Shown here: one piece after another, positions 11,759 to 24,500 of the stretch | Numbering within the stretch: the stretch's first letter is position 1 | Layout of the letters: each line of letters starts with the position of its first letter | Assembly: GCA_963924565.1 (NCBI GenBank) | Contig: OZ004608.1 | Span: 28,272,001-28,336,000, forward strand | DNA: 64,000 bases | DNA from: Ascidiella aspersa | Lineage: Eukaryota | Direction of reading: 5' to 3' | Position numbers and translations under genes: made by a program | Notes under the pieces: model-generated | Database searches by the model: none | What the model was told of the DNA's origin: nothing | Seen by the model: the letters and a program-made list of their open reading frames with translations, nothing else

Positions 11759-13039
11759 ATGTTACCAATATCACAGTTTAAAGCGATCATTTCACTGTGC
11801 ATTTTGTATTTTCTGCAAGGTATCCCATATGGTGTTCAAGTTAAGGCTTTGCCCATGTTTCTGTATAGTTCCATGGGCTTATCAATGGATACATCTACGA
11901 GAACTGCGTTACTTATGATGCCATGGGTATTTTGTAAACCACTTTTAGCCATTGTTAAAAATACAAAAAACGAGCATTATTATCTATTACATGGCGGTAT
12001 ACTAATAAGTGCTTTTCTAAATCTGTGTATGTTTATTCTTGCTAATCAATGGGAATATTTAAGTCAATACTTATTGTTTAGTATTTCTGTAATAGTTTTA
12101 TTTATGATAAATGTTGCCTCTGTTTGTATTGACATCACAACTGACAATTTGGCAATATCATCAGCACTGTCTGAAATCGATCTTAAATTTTTGGGCATAA
12201 GTAATAGCATACAAGTTGTAGCTTACAAAGTTGGTGCAATGTTCGGGGGAGTTTTTTTAAGCCAGGTTTTTGAAATTCAAAGGGGGTTTCTGGCTGTTGT
12301 AGCTCTAAATTTAATTAGTTTATTGGTTTTACCCAAACTTCTTTCTAACTCAGCTGATCCACAGGATAAGAGTGGCAAACATGAACCAGGAGCTACATTG
12401 AGTGGGCCAAAAGTACAACTTACATTTGAAATATTTTGCCTAGTTTTATATATAGTGTTGTATAAGTTAGGTGAAAATGGAGCTAGCACCATATTCCCAT
12501 TATTGGCAATCAACAAAGGAATTCAGCAAGATAGCATTGCCCTGTTTTCTTCTCTAGTTTTTGAACCACTTTCATTGTTTGGCTCCATACTTGGTGGTGT
12601 TGTGTGGTCAATGTTTACTCCTAAAAATCCCATGCAAACTTTATGTGTTTTTTTGTTTGTGATTGGTCTCCTGAGAATAATTCCCCTAGTGATAGAATAT
12701 CAATGTTTGATTACCACAAACTGGGTAAATTTATGGCCCCTGGGCCCAGCCTTACTTTCACTATTAGGAGGTGCTATGAGCACATTGACATTTACTTTAA
12801 TGATGACCATGACTCACAGAGTAGACAGTTCACAAAGGTCCTCACTATATGCAGTTTTATCCTCAATTGAGGTATGTGGCAAATTGCTGTTTTCTTCTTA
12901 TGTAGGCGCTTTATCAAGTTATTTGGGATTGCATGTATTTGTTGTGTTTTGTGGCCTTGTTGTATTGCCAACTTTTGTGCTATTGCCTATATACAGATGT
13001 TTGGTGATATCACCTCAAAATAAATTGAAACTTAACTGA
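11759..13039 (+). CDS. MFSD3: MFS transporter, MFSD3/AmpG-like; single exon
   Basis: 426-aa hydrophobic ORF with LYFLQGIPYG, QVVAYKVG, YKLGENGASTIFPL and IEVCGKL, matching MFSD3-type motifs. Confidence 0.88.
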   Translation: MLPISQFKAIISLCILYFLQGIPYGVQVKALPMFLYSSMGLSMDTSTRTALLMMPWVFCKPLLAIVKNTKNEHYYLLHGGILISAFLNLCMFILANQWEYLSQYLLFSISVIVLFMINVASVCIDITTDNLAISSALSEIDLKFLGISNSIQVVAYKVGAMFGGVFLSQVFEIQRGFLAVVALNLISLLVLPKLLSNSADPQDKSGKHEPGATLSGPKVQLTFEIFCLVLYIVLYKLGENGASTIFPLLAINKGIQQDSIALFSSLVFEPLSLFGSILGGVVWSMFTPKNPMQTLCVFLFVIGLLRIIPLVIEYQCLITTNWVNLWPLGPALLSLLGGAMSTLTFTLMMTMTHRVDSSQRSSLYAVLSSIEVCGKLLFSSYVGALSSYLGLHVFVVFCGLVVLPTFVLLPIYRCLVISPQNKLKLN

Positions 13040-13139
13040 AACATAGCAAATGCTTTTTTTATCATAAAATGAAAAAATTATACAGACATTATGGCACCTC
13101 TGCTGCTTATTAAAAAAATAAATTAGTGCAACATTAACA

Positions 13140-14594
13140 TTACAAATACTGAAGTAAATCTTCACCACCTTCCAAATCATCCTCATTGGGATCTTCTTTT
13201 GGTGCAATAAGAAGGAAAGACTCATCTTCTTTAAAAACAATAGTACTTAAGGCCATTTTTGGGTTGTCTGCCACTAATCCCTTCATCCAACTTTGTAATG
13301 CTGTTGGTGATTTGTAGTCTGTACAAGCAATAGCATAGACAGAACCTTCAACCTTTTCCGTATCTCCGATTATTTGTGATATGTCTTCCTCCAATCTGCT
13401 TATTGAGGCTAGGTTCTTTTCTAAGTTTATTGTTGGAAAATATTGTTCTTGGGAATACAGTTTACCACCTTCGTTTATGGGTTTGTCAGTTTTCCAATCA
13501 GTCTTGTACATTTCCGACCACCACTGTTTTGCTGAAAGTATCTTCACTTTATCAGACTTTATTTCTAAAGCTTTGGGATCAGAACGCATTACAAAGTACT
13601 GGACAGTCTTTGTCTTGTAGTAAACCATGTGTGGTCCCTCAATGAAAATAGGTAACTTTGTATCATGCTTAGCCAAAGCAGTCTTCTGATCAGGTGTTTG
13701 GACACTTATCACGCAATCAACTTGGTCTGCATTTAATACCTCATCACATTGACTCTTATCAACTGCGAAGTATTTGTAATCTCCATCAATGCCTGGATTC
13801 ATTTGTCGCAGGCCATTGAAAGCAATCTCCACTGGAGATAATGCATTCAGCTTAGACAGGGCAATAGGGTGTTTACTAAATTGTAAAACTCTTGGATACC
13901 AAAACAAAGCAGACCGGACAGACCACGTTACCGGACTGTAAGTACCAAACAAGTCTGTTGCTTTAATAAAAAGTTTCTCATTTGGAATTGCACCTCCTTC
14001 GGATATCAGTCGTACCAGTTTTTCACCTAGGTTGTGGTCTGCCATTTTGTCACCATAGGCAGCAAGGAACCATTGGCTTCTTTTAATTCCAGTGTGTGGA
14101 CTGTCTGGAAAGCAATCCAACAGTTTTAGGTAGGCAGATATTTCATGCTCCACTTTAAATCTTGTCATTGCATTCATGGCAGCAGTTATAAATTCCCGGT
14201 GGCCTCGCTTTGTTTCACCGGCTTCTTTTAGCCAGACGTCAACTAATTTGTAAAACACTCTCTTGTTCTGATCGAGCACATCAAAGTACTCGGCCTCATC
14301 AACAAGATCTAATTCTTGTTCTGCTTTGTTAATATAGTAATCCAACAACCCATAGTCTTCTTCTTCTGGGCTACTTTCTTTATCTTGTCTTGTATCAAGA
14401 TCCAACTCATGCTCTGCTATAAGTTGTTTTTTATTGTTTATTTGTTTACAATGTGAAGCAGAGTGTAAACCAACCAGTGCTGTTCGACCGCTGGACAGAC
14501 TGTAGCATGGTACATTGTTTGTTATGCAAGCAACTGTCCAATTACCTCTGCATGCACATTTTCTCAGCAATCTTTGACAAAATTGTGATGTCAT
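13140..14594 (-). CDS. ECSIT: ECSIT (Toll-pathway intermediate / complex I assembly factor); single coding exon
   Basis: 484-aa ORF with RGHREFITAAM...AYLKLLDCFP, Q..ALAKHDTKLPIFIEGP and EGSVYAIACT...LQSWMKGL...NPKM, characteristic of ECSIT. Confidence 0.88.
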   Translation of the reverse strand: MTSQFCQRLLRKCACRGNWTVACITNNVPCYSLSSGRTALVGLHSASHCKQINNKKQLIAEHELDLDTRQDKESSPEEEDYGLLDYYINKAEQELDLVDEAEYFDVLDQNKRVFYKLVDVWLKEAGETKRGHREFITAAMNAMTRFKVEHEISAYLKLLDCFPDSPHTGIKRSQWFLAAYGDKMADHNLGEKLVRLISEGGAIPNEKLFIKATDLFGTYSPVTWSVRSALFWYPRVLQFSKHPIALSKLNALSPVEIAFNGLRQMNPGIDGDYKYFAVDKSQCDEVLNADQVDCVISVQTPDQKTALAKHDTKLPIFIEGPHMVYYKTKTVQYFVMRSDPKALEIKSDKVKILSAKQWWSEMYKTDWKTDKPINEGGKLYSQEQYFPTINLEKNLASISRLEEDISQIIGDTEKVEGSVYAIACTDYKSPTALQSWMKGLVADNPKMALSTIVFKEDESFLLIAPKEDPNEDDLEGGEDLLQYL

Positions 14595-15350
14595 TGCAAA
14601 GGCTTATAGATTAAATTATAGTTCTACATGAACTCAGAGTTTTGCTCTGGAATATATTTGGACTGATTAAAGGGAATGTTTGACAGTTTTTTTCTAAATT
14701 TACATCTTCCATGATGTTCAGTGGGTCATCAGTTATAAAGTTGATTATCTTACCCAATGCTAATTATAAAGTTAGTGTAATGATTATAAAGTTAATATGT
14801 TAACCCTTTAATAAACATTTTCATTAGGGTTATATCTTAGTAATACTAGCTTAGGATGTGCGCCAGTAAAAGCTGGCAACAAACTTTAGTTTTTGGTTGT
14901 AGGCAGTGGTGGGATTCAATTTTTTTGTCAGCCAGTTCTATCACAAAAGTCATATTTGACAACTGGTTCTGTTACAAAAAAATCGGCTGAATCCAACCAC
15001 TGGTTGTAGGCCAGTCTGCATTGTATTTTCTGGTAAAATAGGGTGTGTAGTGCCAATGTTTGAGTTATTTCTCAGTCAAGTAATTGATAAATTAAAAAAA
15101 AATAGGAAGTCAAGTCATTATTAGAGCAAATCAAGTCATTACTATGAAAATAAAATTTTAAACAGTTATTAAAAGTGGTATATAATTGAACTTCAAAAAT
15201 GGGCAATTACTCAACTTAAAAATAACAAAACCCAACAAGTAACAAGCTAGATGTTTTATGTGCAAAAGTTAATATAAAAACCCTAGTGTTATAAAGAAAG
15301 TTTAATGAAAACTTCGCAAAGTCACTTTACCTAAATACAAATCTCAGGAG

Positions 15351-15534
15351 TGAATGGTCGGAACGCTCACTAATTTAAGTGTTACCCCGTTAAAACAATT
15401 ATTAAACCAACGCACAATATTTGGGTAAGGGTGGGGGTTAGCGTTTGGGTGAAGGTGGGTCAAGTGTTTTTTATATTTAATAATAATAATGTGAGCGTTC
15501 CGACCATTTATCATTCCGTAAATTAGTGTTACCC
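15351..15534. mobile_element. Truncated inverted copy of the 5923-6147 MITE
   Basis: Near-identical reverse complement of 5923-6130; one TIR is clipped. Confidence 0.8.
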
Positions 15535-17097
15535 CCAATTTATAAATTAGCTTGAACAATCTTCACGCATGACTGAAAGTAGTAGGAAAGTTATAAACTA
15601 CTTATATTTATTAGATTTTTTGCCAGCCTAAACTAGATCATAACACGAGTTTACACGCTTTTAGGACTTAGTATATTTGAAAATAAATGTTCTATGTGAC
15701 TAACGGTTGATGTCCGTGGCTTTTTAGAATATTATGCAATTTCTTTCAAGTTAATCCACAGTTAATGCATTTTTTCGCGCTTCGAATCTTTAACGTCTCT
15801 ATATCGCTAATGGTCCTACATAAAGCATTTCCAGTGACGTGAAAGTTCAACTTTACCTTATTTTAGGCTTTGGGAATAAATTATCTTGATCAAATCTAAC
15901 CCATAATATCAAGTAGCCTATGTTGGAATAAAATGACCCCCCTAAACAAACAGATTTGCCAAGTTGTGCATCTATTTTGCACTTGCCCAAATTTATAGCG
16001 TCTTTGAAATATGGGAATCGTATCGTATTGGTTATAACGCTTCACCTTTTCAATACTTGAACGTACAAAATATTTCGCTTTGTTCTAAGGGCTGTCCAGT
16101 CATAGAAGACTCGGTACCCGAAGGAGTCGGTTTATTTGGCCAGGGTCGGACTTGGTAGCCTATTATTTTAAAGTGCCCTTGTGCAGTTGTTGCAGGTCTG
16201 GGAATGGTGATGGTCGCACACTGTAAATCGTTAAAGCGAAATTTAAGGTAGGCCCTAATATTTTCCCCCTATAGGTGAATTGCTGCTAATCAACTCTTAC
16301 TTGAACGATGACTGTAAAGTCGGAGCTAGACTCGGGTTCGACATAGTGGATTTGTTTGGCTGGGTATTTTGTAGTCCAATGCACCTCGACTAAATGGTTA
16401 ATAGGCCCTGATCTAACCCACAATCTAATGCCTAAAATAACGCATAACTCATTCCCAATACAAGCCATAATTACAATACCTATAAACTTGCCCCCAAAAT
16501 GGATTCTCAACCTTACTTTACAATTTAATGTACTTTTATTTTCTGTGTGAGATTCCTATAGGCCAATATAGTTGTATTCGTTCTACTTACAAGACCTATT
16601 AAAACAAACTTACAGCAAATAAAACGACCCGGGAGTGAATTTACGATCCATGTTTTAAAAAAAGAAGTTATTTTAAAAAACAATTTGGAGAGGTAAACAT
16701 TCAATAAAAGTAAAATACTCGCGTGAAAAAATTATGACCAAGATTCTGGCGTGCATGAGCGCAAAACAAGATGGAAAGAGATACAATTAAGACAAAAGCC
16801 GGCCAAGGTTTTTTTTTATAGGAAACAAAAAAATGCAAACTTATTTTAAATTCATTTTTGCCCTTGCCCGTGTCTCATCCGTTGTATATCTGTTGCTGGA
16901 GTGGTCACTATACTTTTGACGTAATCAGTGACATTGATGTATGTGGCATATCGACCTCCAATCATCGTTAATGAAACTTTTTTTGCACCAACAGACAGGC
17001 TTCTTTTTACTGTGTTTTACAGGTTCAAGCATATGACCCTTTCGGTGAATGCCGACCTCAGTTTTTTTATACTGACACTGACACGCACCGTACGTAC

Positions 17098-20064
17098 TTA
17101 AACATAGTGTTCTTGGTACTCAAAACGCAATCTCCAATAACTTGGCGGAGGCTCTTCGTCGTCTTGAAAGTTGATCGCTTCAAGCTCTAAAAATATGTTT
17201 CACATGATTTTAGAAATGGTATGGTTTACGAGTTTACAGTTTTAGTTTTACGAAGTTTTCTCAAGTAAAACTGCAAGGGTTATATGTCTTGATAAATAAG
17301 ATTAGTGGAAAATGTGACATTTATTGAATTAATACTTGTATGCTCAAAACGACAAATATATAAAGAATATAGTAGACTATTAGCATGTGCGGGCGTCGTC
17401 AGTCTACGTTTCAGGGGTTGACCCCCCTTAAAAATGTATTTTCCCTCTCAATGCATCTTTTTAAAACAAACGCACCTTTTTATTTTTACCTTACAACCAT
17501 TTGCAAAGCGAAAATTACAATAATAATATTAAACAAAGTTTTCTAATTAAAATTTGTGGAACTCAGAAACTGTTTCATCGAGTGTTTTATTAATATTGTT
17601 GGCATACTAAAAGACAAACAGCTACAAAAATGCTGTTTTAGGAATAAAAGACATCTGTTTTTCCTTTAAATTACTAAAAAAACACAATCACATCACGGAA
17701 CGTTACATACGAGAGGTCTATATGAGGCCATATTAAAAACAAAACTTAAGTTTATAATTTGCGATTAAGTTAAATATGACATGGGTTGTTTGATACGAAC
17801 TATAGTGAATATCTCTGCTTGTGATTCCAAGAAGGCCAAATGCACCTTTTGGGAAACCTTTGTTTTTTTTTAACATTTCCACACAAAAAAGACTTTGAAC
17901 GAAAACTTACCTTGCTCTTCTGGCAGCGAGTCCTCCGCACAGTCCGCATCTAAGATCATGCTCCTTGCAAGTTCGTCTTCTTCAACTGGAACGTTCGACC
18001 TTTGCGTCATGACGTCATAAAAGAACCTGTGACGTTTTTATGTTAATAAACAACGAAAGAAGATGTTCCGCTTATAGTGAACAAGCTATAGTGCAGGCCA
18101 ACGAGTCAGAGACCAACATTTCTTGCTCGGTTAACAGCAAACAGCCACTTCTTGTAAATACATGAACAGAAATTAATATGACTTTGTTTCTTACAAAATT
18201 TTTGGTGGTTCGGATATAGGTTAATTATATTCTGCACACTTACAATATTGCGTGGGTTACATTTAGCGAATTTAAATTCACACTAAAAGCCTTATATAAG
18301 CAAACAGCCATGAGAGGAAAAGTTATAAAAAACAACATGGTATACATGGTATTTTATTCTGGCAAGATTATTGAAAACACCGGAAGACAAGTTGGACACT
18401 TAAAGAAGTACACTGAGAAACTATGAAATTCGAAGTACTCGCACTTTGAGTGATAAATTACTAAGGAACGTGTTATTGTTTAAATTATTTTCGCATACAC
18501 CTGGTTAACTGTATTTTGCTTTTTTATACTCAATAGCTTATTAATCGTTGCCTTATACTGAGGTTGGGAAAGCAAAACTTACGTGTTACGTGCTCGTCGC
18601 TTTTGGAACTTTACAACCGCTAGTGTGGCCACAAAAATTAGAGCAAAGATGATTACAGTTGCCAGGACAACAACGACGATGAGCAGATACGTCCTTGACA
18701 AAGTATACGAAACGGTGTGGGTGGTTGTTTCTACGCAAGAAAACGATTCGCAAATTTGTTAAAAAAAATTTAATTTTTTCAATTCGTTACCATAACGCCG
18801 ACAAGTAGCCTCATCGCTCAACGTTTGATTACAGATATCTAAATGGTCTTTAAGCTTTAAGGACGAGATTTTACACACAAACTACATGGTGTCACAAATT
18901 TTACGGGATCTACAAGATGGCAGACCTGTTTAGCATTTTTATGGTGATGGGTCTGTTGGCAAGTATTACTTTAAGTTTAAAAATTAAAATAGGGTCTATA
19001 AGATCGGGCGTAAGTATTTACACAAGTATCATAACTAACTCTTTAAAAAAGTGGTTCCCAATTTTGTTGTCGCGCCCCCTTTCCAGTTTTAGAAAACCTA
19101 CGCGACCTAAGTTGTGTACAATTGTTGTTACTTAGAGCTTATCGAGTTTCGCAAAAGGGTTCCTCAGTGGTCGAAGGGGCATTTTAACCATTCCTGTTAG
19201 AAAAGGCCAATACACTACTGGTTCCCTGAAGCAAATGTCATTAACGCAATTGTTAGACTGAGCGCCCTCCACTGCTCTAAAATATGAAACGATGAAAGGC
19301 GAGGCAATAAAAACAATAACGTTTATATCCTGATTTCCGGATAACGATTCGTTTCCAAATACTTATGTTATTTTTGGTTTTAAAGCAGTGCCCTGATTAT
19401 TATTACCTTGATCAAATAGCAGGGCTATATTACTTTTTATGTTGTTTTGTTGTTAAGGGCTTTACATTGATTGTTTGTACGTTTAAAAACCTGACGGTCT
19501 AACTGGAAGTATAGGCTTTTTCATTGACAACTGCTACCCACCTTTTTCATATGCAGTGATTTCCTGTGGTGAATGCGATGTAGCGTCTTCCGTTGAAAAT
19601 GCGTTTTCCATTCTATTTTCCAAGCGCATACAGTAAGATCGCGCGACGACTTGTAAGTCCCTTTGACATTTGTTACTCTCGCCTAAACATTCATGATTAT
19701 AAAACAGTCATGTCACTGGCATTATACTACTGTGTTCGGCTAAATTTTTGTCTGCGTTTCCAAAGAATAGTTTTAATTCACAACCGAATTATAAACCTAT
19801 ACACAAAATTTCAGCAACATACAGGACTTTCAAACGAAGCAGAACAGGACTTCGAATCAGTCGTGCAGAATCTCGTGATTTTATTGGCGTGATAACATAC
19901 TAAAACCAGCAGACAAAAGGCACGCGACTACAGAACACATCACGTTTCGTAGAAGCCAGTATTTCGAGAATAATTATCGTTATAAGAAATTAACACGTAC
20001 ATGGCGATCCTGACTTTCTGCCTATCGATGTGGTCTTATATACAGTATCTGAGTAAAGTGGCAT
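17098..20064 (-). CDS. Uncharacterised ~154-aa single-pass membrane protein with acidic tail and PPxY motif; 5 coding exons
   Basis: Exons 20064-20001, 18838-18791, 18730-18583, 18026-17911 and 17186-17098; all introns GT-AG, phases 1/1/2/1 compatible. Product: MPLYSDTVYKTTSIGRKSGSPYICNQTLSDEATCRRYETTTHTVSYTLSRTYLLIVVVVLATVIIFALIFVATLAVVKFQKRRARNTFFYDVMTQRSNVPVEEDELARSMILDADCAEDSLPEEQELEAINFQDDEEPPPSYWRLRFEYQEHYV. The first exon is the least certain. Confidence 0.78.
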
Positions 20065-21538
20065 AGCTTAACAGTTAGTGACTGCGAAGAATTCCAATGC
20101 CTGTTATGTGACGTACTATATAGTCCATAGTGTTAGTCATTGTCCGTTATTCCTATTGCCTCCATGTATTTAGACAGGCAACGCGTCACGGGTAATTCGG
20201 CCCACGTTTTACCGCTTTGGTAAAAGCAATAGGATTTATCGGGCGGCACACCGAGAAAAGTTGGATTTAAAACAAGCGATTCTCCAAAATGGCACAACTA
20301 AAGCTATACAGCGGAAAATACGCCCACGCCTTATAATTGTTTTTACAAAATGTTTCTATAGGCCATGGATCATCTTAAACCAATTAAACCTAAGTACTAC
20401 ACACAGCACCAACTGGACAACATAAGCTCAAAAATTGCGGAGTTAGAATAATGTTCTTACAGAAACGCATGTAAGTTTACAGAGATGACGTCACAAAGTT
20501 ATGTCATAACGTGACTTCGTAAAGCAGGCAACAGAAAGACATATGCTGTTGTCAGTCGATCTCGTGCGCAAATATGCAACTAAAATCTTGGGAAAATACC
20601 TTCAAACAGATGGCAACACATAGCCTATGCGCATTTATTTATTACAGGTCGTGTTAACTGTATGGGGAACTGCGGACTGGATATGGACCTTTGACGTGTT
20701 GAACGTGGACCTTAAAAGTGACTTTGGTGAAATCATTACAAGGTTAAGATTTATTCACCGAGGTTTTTGACAAGACTAGACGATAAAAGGCCATCTAAAA
20801 CATAAGGAACGAAAAAGATTGTGCGATATTCGTGTATTTTCGCTATTGTAGAAAATTACAATGTGTATAAATATTTTGGTTCATAACAAAAAAAGCTTTA
20901 TTTATATAGCGGTTTTGCGCACAATCAAGTTTGAAAAACACGATTCTTTCGGCTTGTAGTAAATGGAGTTGACGGCAACACCTAATGGGACACTAAACGT
21001 AATCTCTACAATTTAAAATATATATCCACTTAATGCTCTTTTCGCAAATTACTTCGGTTTAGTTACAACAAAGCGAACATACCTTATGAGACCATTAAAT
21101 CAATCATATCAACAGCGGAATATTGTGTAGTATTAAAACCAACGTTGTATAACCAAATGCATAATAATAGAATAAGTCCTAAACCAGTCAAAATAAGTTC
21201 TAAATTGCCTCAATACCGCAAAGATAGGGTATGTTATGACCGGTTAACGACTACCGTTTTGTCGCTGGACTGTTTGGCCTTATTTGAAGTTACGCCTGGT
21301 GTTAGCTAATAGGTTGTTTTGACTATTCTGGATGTTTAGGTCCATTAATCTGACGGGTATAAGTTATTATGATAGAGGACTTTTTGCGGCTTTTAGTTGT
21401 TACTCCTTTTTTGGCCTTATCTTCAAATTGGTTATTTTCCCGAGCTAATGTTATTTCAAATTCGGTATCATTATTGGAGTTCCAGCGATAGTATAGTACA
21501 GTCGAGTCCGAAAATGATAATTTTAGTTTCACTTCATG

Positions 21539-24500
21539 TCAAATTTGCGAAGCGCTATCAACGGAGTCCATAATGCTACATTCAGCTGTTCCAACTCCAT
21601 TATAATTTGGTGTTAGGTCTTTGTTTCCACCGATTTCGGGCCCAATGGACACGTCGTCAGTCAACGTATGCTGGCGCAGAATGTCTTCCTTTCGCCTGCA
21701 AAGAAAAACAAACAAAGAAATTATTAGAGATTATCTTTATTTCCCAAAAAACTTGATGGTCTCAACCAGGGATTACAAACATCACTTCTGTTACCTGTAG
21801 AAACGTCTTGCCATAATTCCAACAAAAAAGGCTTGCAGCACGATGGAGTAGTTCATAATTACTGAAAGATATGATTGGATTATCTTGTCAGTACAAAATG
21901 CTCACAGTATTCATTCATCATAGTAAACAAGTAGGCTATACTATATATATATATGGAAGGGTAAATGGAAAGGCTATACATTTAGCTAAGCTCGTTACCT
22001 ATACGACGACTGTTGAAGTTTAAGGGGGGAACGCAAGGGAACAGTCCCAGTTGCGCTAGTACGTTGAAGAAGACCGATTCAAGCCCAGTAATGAGCATGA
22101 TCAGTTGAAAGCAAGACGTCTTGCCTTTTATGGCGTGACTTGCGTTCATGCCTGAAAAACAGAAAACATATAATCTATTTTGAAACCAAACTGTCGTATT
22201 GTGAGAGTTAAGTATTACAAACGACATATATAAAGAGGGAGACTTTTCTAACTTGCGTAATAATCAATGTTCAACTAAAACGCACCTGAAATACCAGTTT
22301 AAACAGCGAAACTTAATGGTGGCCTAATCATCTTTACTTAACTTTTAGTAGGCTAACAATACATAAGACATTGGCATTAATAGGTCGAATTTAATTCATA
22401 TGATCAGTGTCGTTGTCTTGCTTTTCAGTTGTCAAGAACATCTTGCTCAGCTTTTTGGGTGGAATCCAATGGGTTGAGAAAAACTATGTTTAAAACTCTA
22501 AAGCAGGGGTCGGCAACCTTTTTCTAGTCGCGGGCCAAAACCAAACTCAGAAAGGTCTCTGCGGGCCGCACAAAATGTTAACTTATAATTGTTTTATTAA
22601 CATGTTAGAGCTGTGAATCAGGCGGGGCTCGGATCGTTTTTCACTTGAAAATTACATTAAAGGAGGCAGTAAAGTGTTAACGCAAAGCGAAAAAAAGCGT
22701 TTGTATGTTTTAAAATTCGAGTTCACACGTCGTCATCTATATACTACCCACGAAAAGTGTAATAAAACTACTTTCAGGGAACGCGATAAAATTGAAAGGT
22801 AACCTAGCTCAGTGTTTGTTAACCTTTTGTAGTGAAGGCAGACCTGGCGAGCGAAGCGAGCGCGATTTTTTTTTCGTTTACGAACATTTCTTGCAAGTTT
22901 TCATTACATTGCCAAAAACAAAAAATAAATAAAATGATAAAAAATATATGTCCAATATTTTAGAATACGCTTTTTTTCGCGACGCAACGGTAAAGAAGCG
23001 CTGATCTAGTTCAAAAGACAGCATCAAAACGTAAACAAAGCGGACGTAGAAAGATCATTCGCGCAAAGCGCGAAAAATTTTTCGCACTTACGTAGTTAAA
23101 ATAGTCAAAAAGTATGTGAAATGGACTCGTGTCTAAGTTGTCAAAGAGGCGGCGGGCCGGATGAATTACATCGATCCGGCCCGCGGGCCGTAGGTTGCCG
23201 ACCCCTGCTCTAAAGCGTATCCGACGTAATACATTAACTACCCATCACCCTATATACCAGTGGTTCTCAAACTTTTATGAGCGCGACCAAAATCTGAGTT
23301 TTATGAACAACTCACGACCAAACCCTTGAACATCAAAAAAAAAAAATTTTATGCATGTCTTCAGTTCGTTTATCTTCAGAGATTCGGTCAACAATACTGC
23401 ATAACACAGCACACATTGTGGCTTTTGAGAACCATGATCATTGATAGAAGTGAATTCCAAATCTATTTTTAAATACTTACTTAAACGCTAACTTTTAACA
23501 AATACTAACCGCAACTAATGACCTACTTTAAAGGAACAAACCCATAGCTCGCATCGAAAAAAAAACAAACTTATCGCTCGAACTGAAACGGACGAGCTTC
23601 TGCTCAGGGCCACTATAGTAGGGAATGTTATTACACAATATTCTCAAAATTTTGAGGTATATGTGTGCGATACGAGCAAGCAGAATAATCTTCTAAGTAA
23701 TAAATTTACCTTGCGGCTACCACTTACGCCAGTGTTCGCAGCTATACTGTTATTGGCAATGGCTATACTGTAGTTGGCTGCCATCAAAACGTTCAGAAAA
23801 CTATTATGATGCAATAATCTAGGTTACAGAGTTAAAGCCACATGAAATATTTATGATGTAATAATTTAGTCATGAATGAATTAGAAATACTTAAAAAATA
23901 TAATGAAAAACGTTCGTTTGCGCAGGATTGAATCACTATAGAGCGACCCAATTTTTGACCCTCCGCGACCCATGTTTGGGTCGCGACCCATACTTTGAGA
24001 ACCACTGCTATATACAGTACAATATACCTTGTATCGAGAAAAAAAAAGAGAAAACACACAGGCGTCGCAAAAAATAGAAGCTAATGCAAGTTATGAATCG
24101 CGATAGAATTGCCAGTTTAAATTACTTAAAAAATCGTGGTTTTAACGTTGAGCTATCACCTTCAATACTTTTTGTCATTCGCTGAATCAGGTTGAAACCG
24201 TATATGCAAACTATTGTGGATAACCCGTTTAGAGCGGAGATGTACACCGATGGGCTGATTCCCTGGAAATAAATTGTTTCATTACTCCATCGTATACAAA
24301 ACTGTTTACCAATCATAATTGAAAAAATCTTACGTCCGTTGAAATCAGCTTCCAGTCAGTTTTTAGCAAAGTCGCCACACCACCATAAAACGGTGTGAGA
24401 ATAACGTTTTGAAAGATCATCCACTTGGCCACTTCTGTAGTTCTACTGTTGAAAAAGCACATTCGGCTGACAATACGCGTCTATGAATTATATAGCGATG

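Noticed and set aside
11759-14594. Bacterial operon, horizontal transfer or contamination as the source of the tightly packed intronless ORFs
   Set aside because: ECSIT is a metazoan gene, the C8orf82 homologue has a spliceosomal intron, and the base composition is continuous with the host DNA.
21323-21532. 69-aa ORF just after the OST-alpha stop as a second cistron
   Set aside because: It starts at a GTG, has no recognisable features and fits ordinary 3'UTR.
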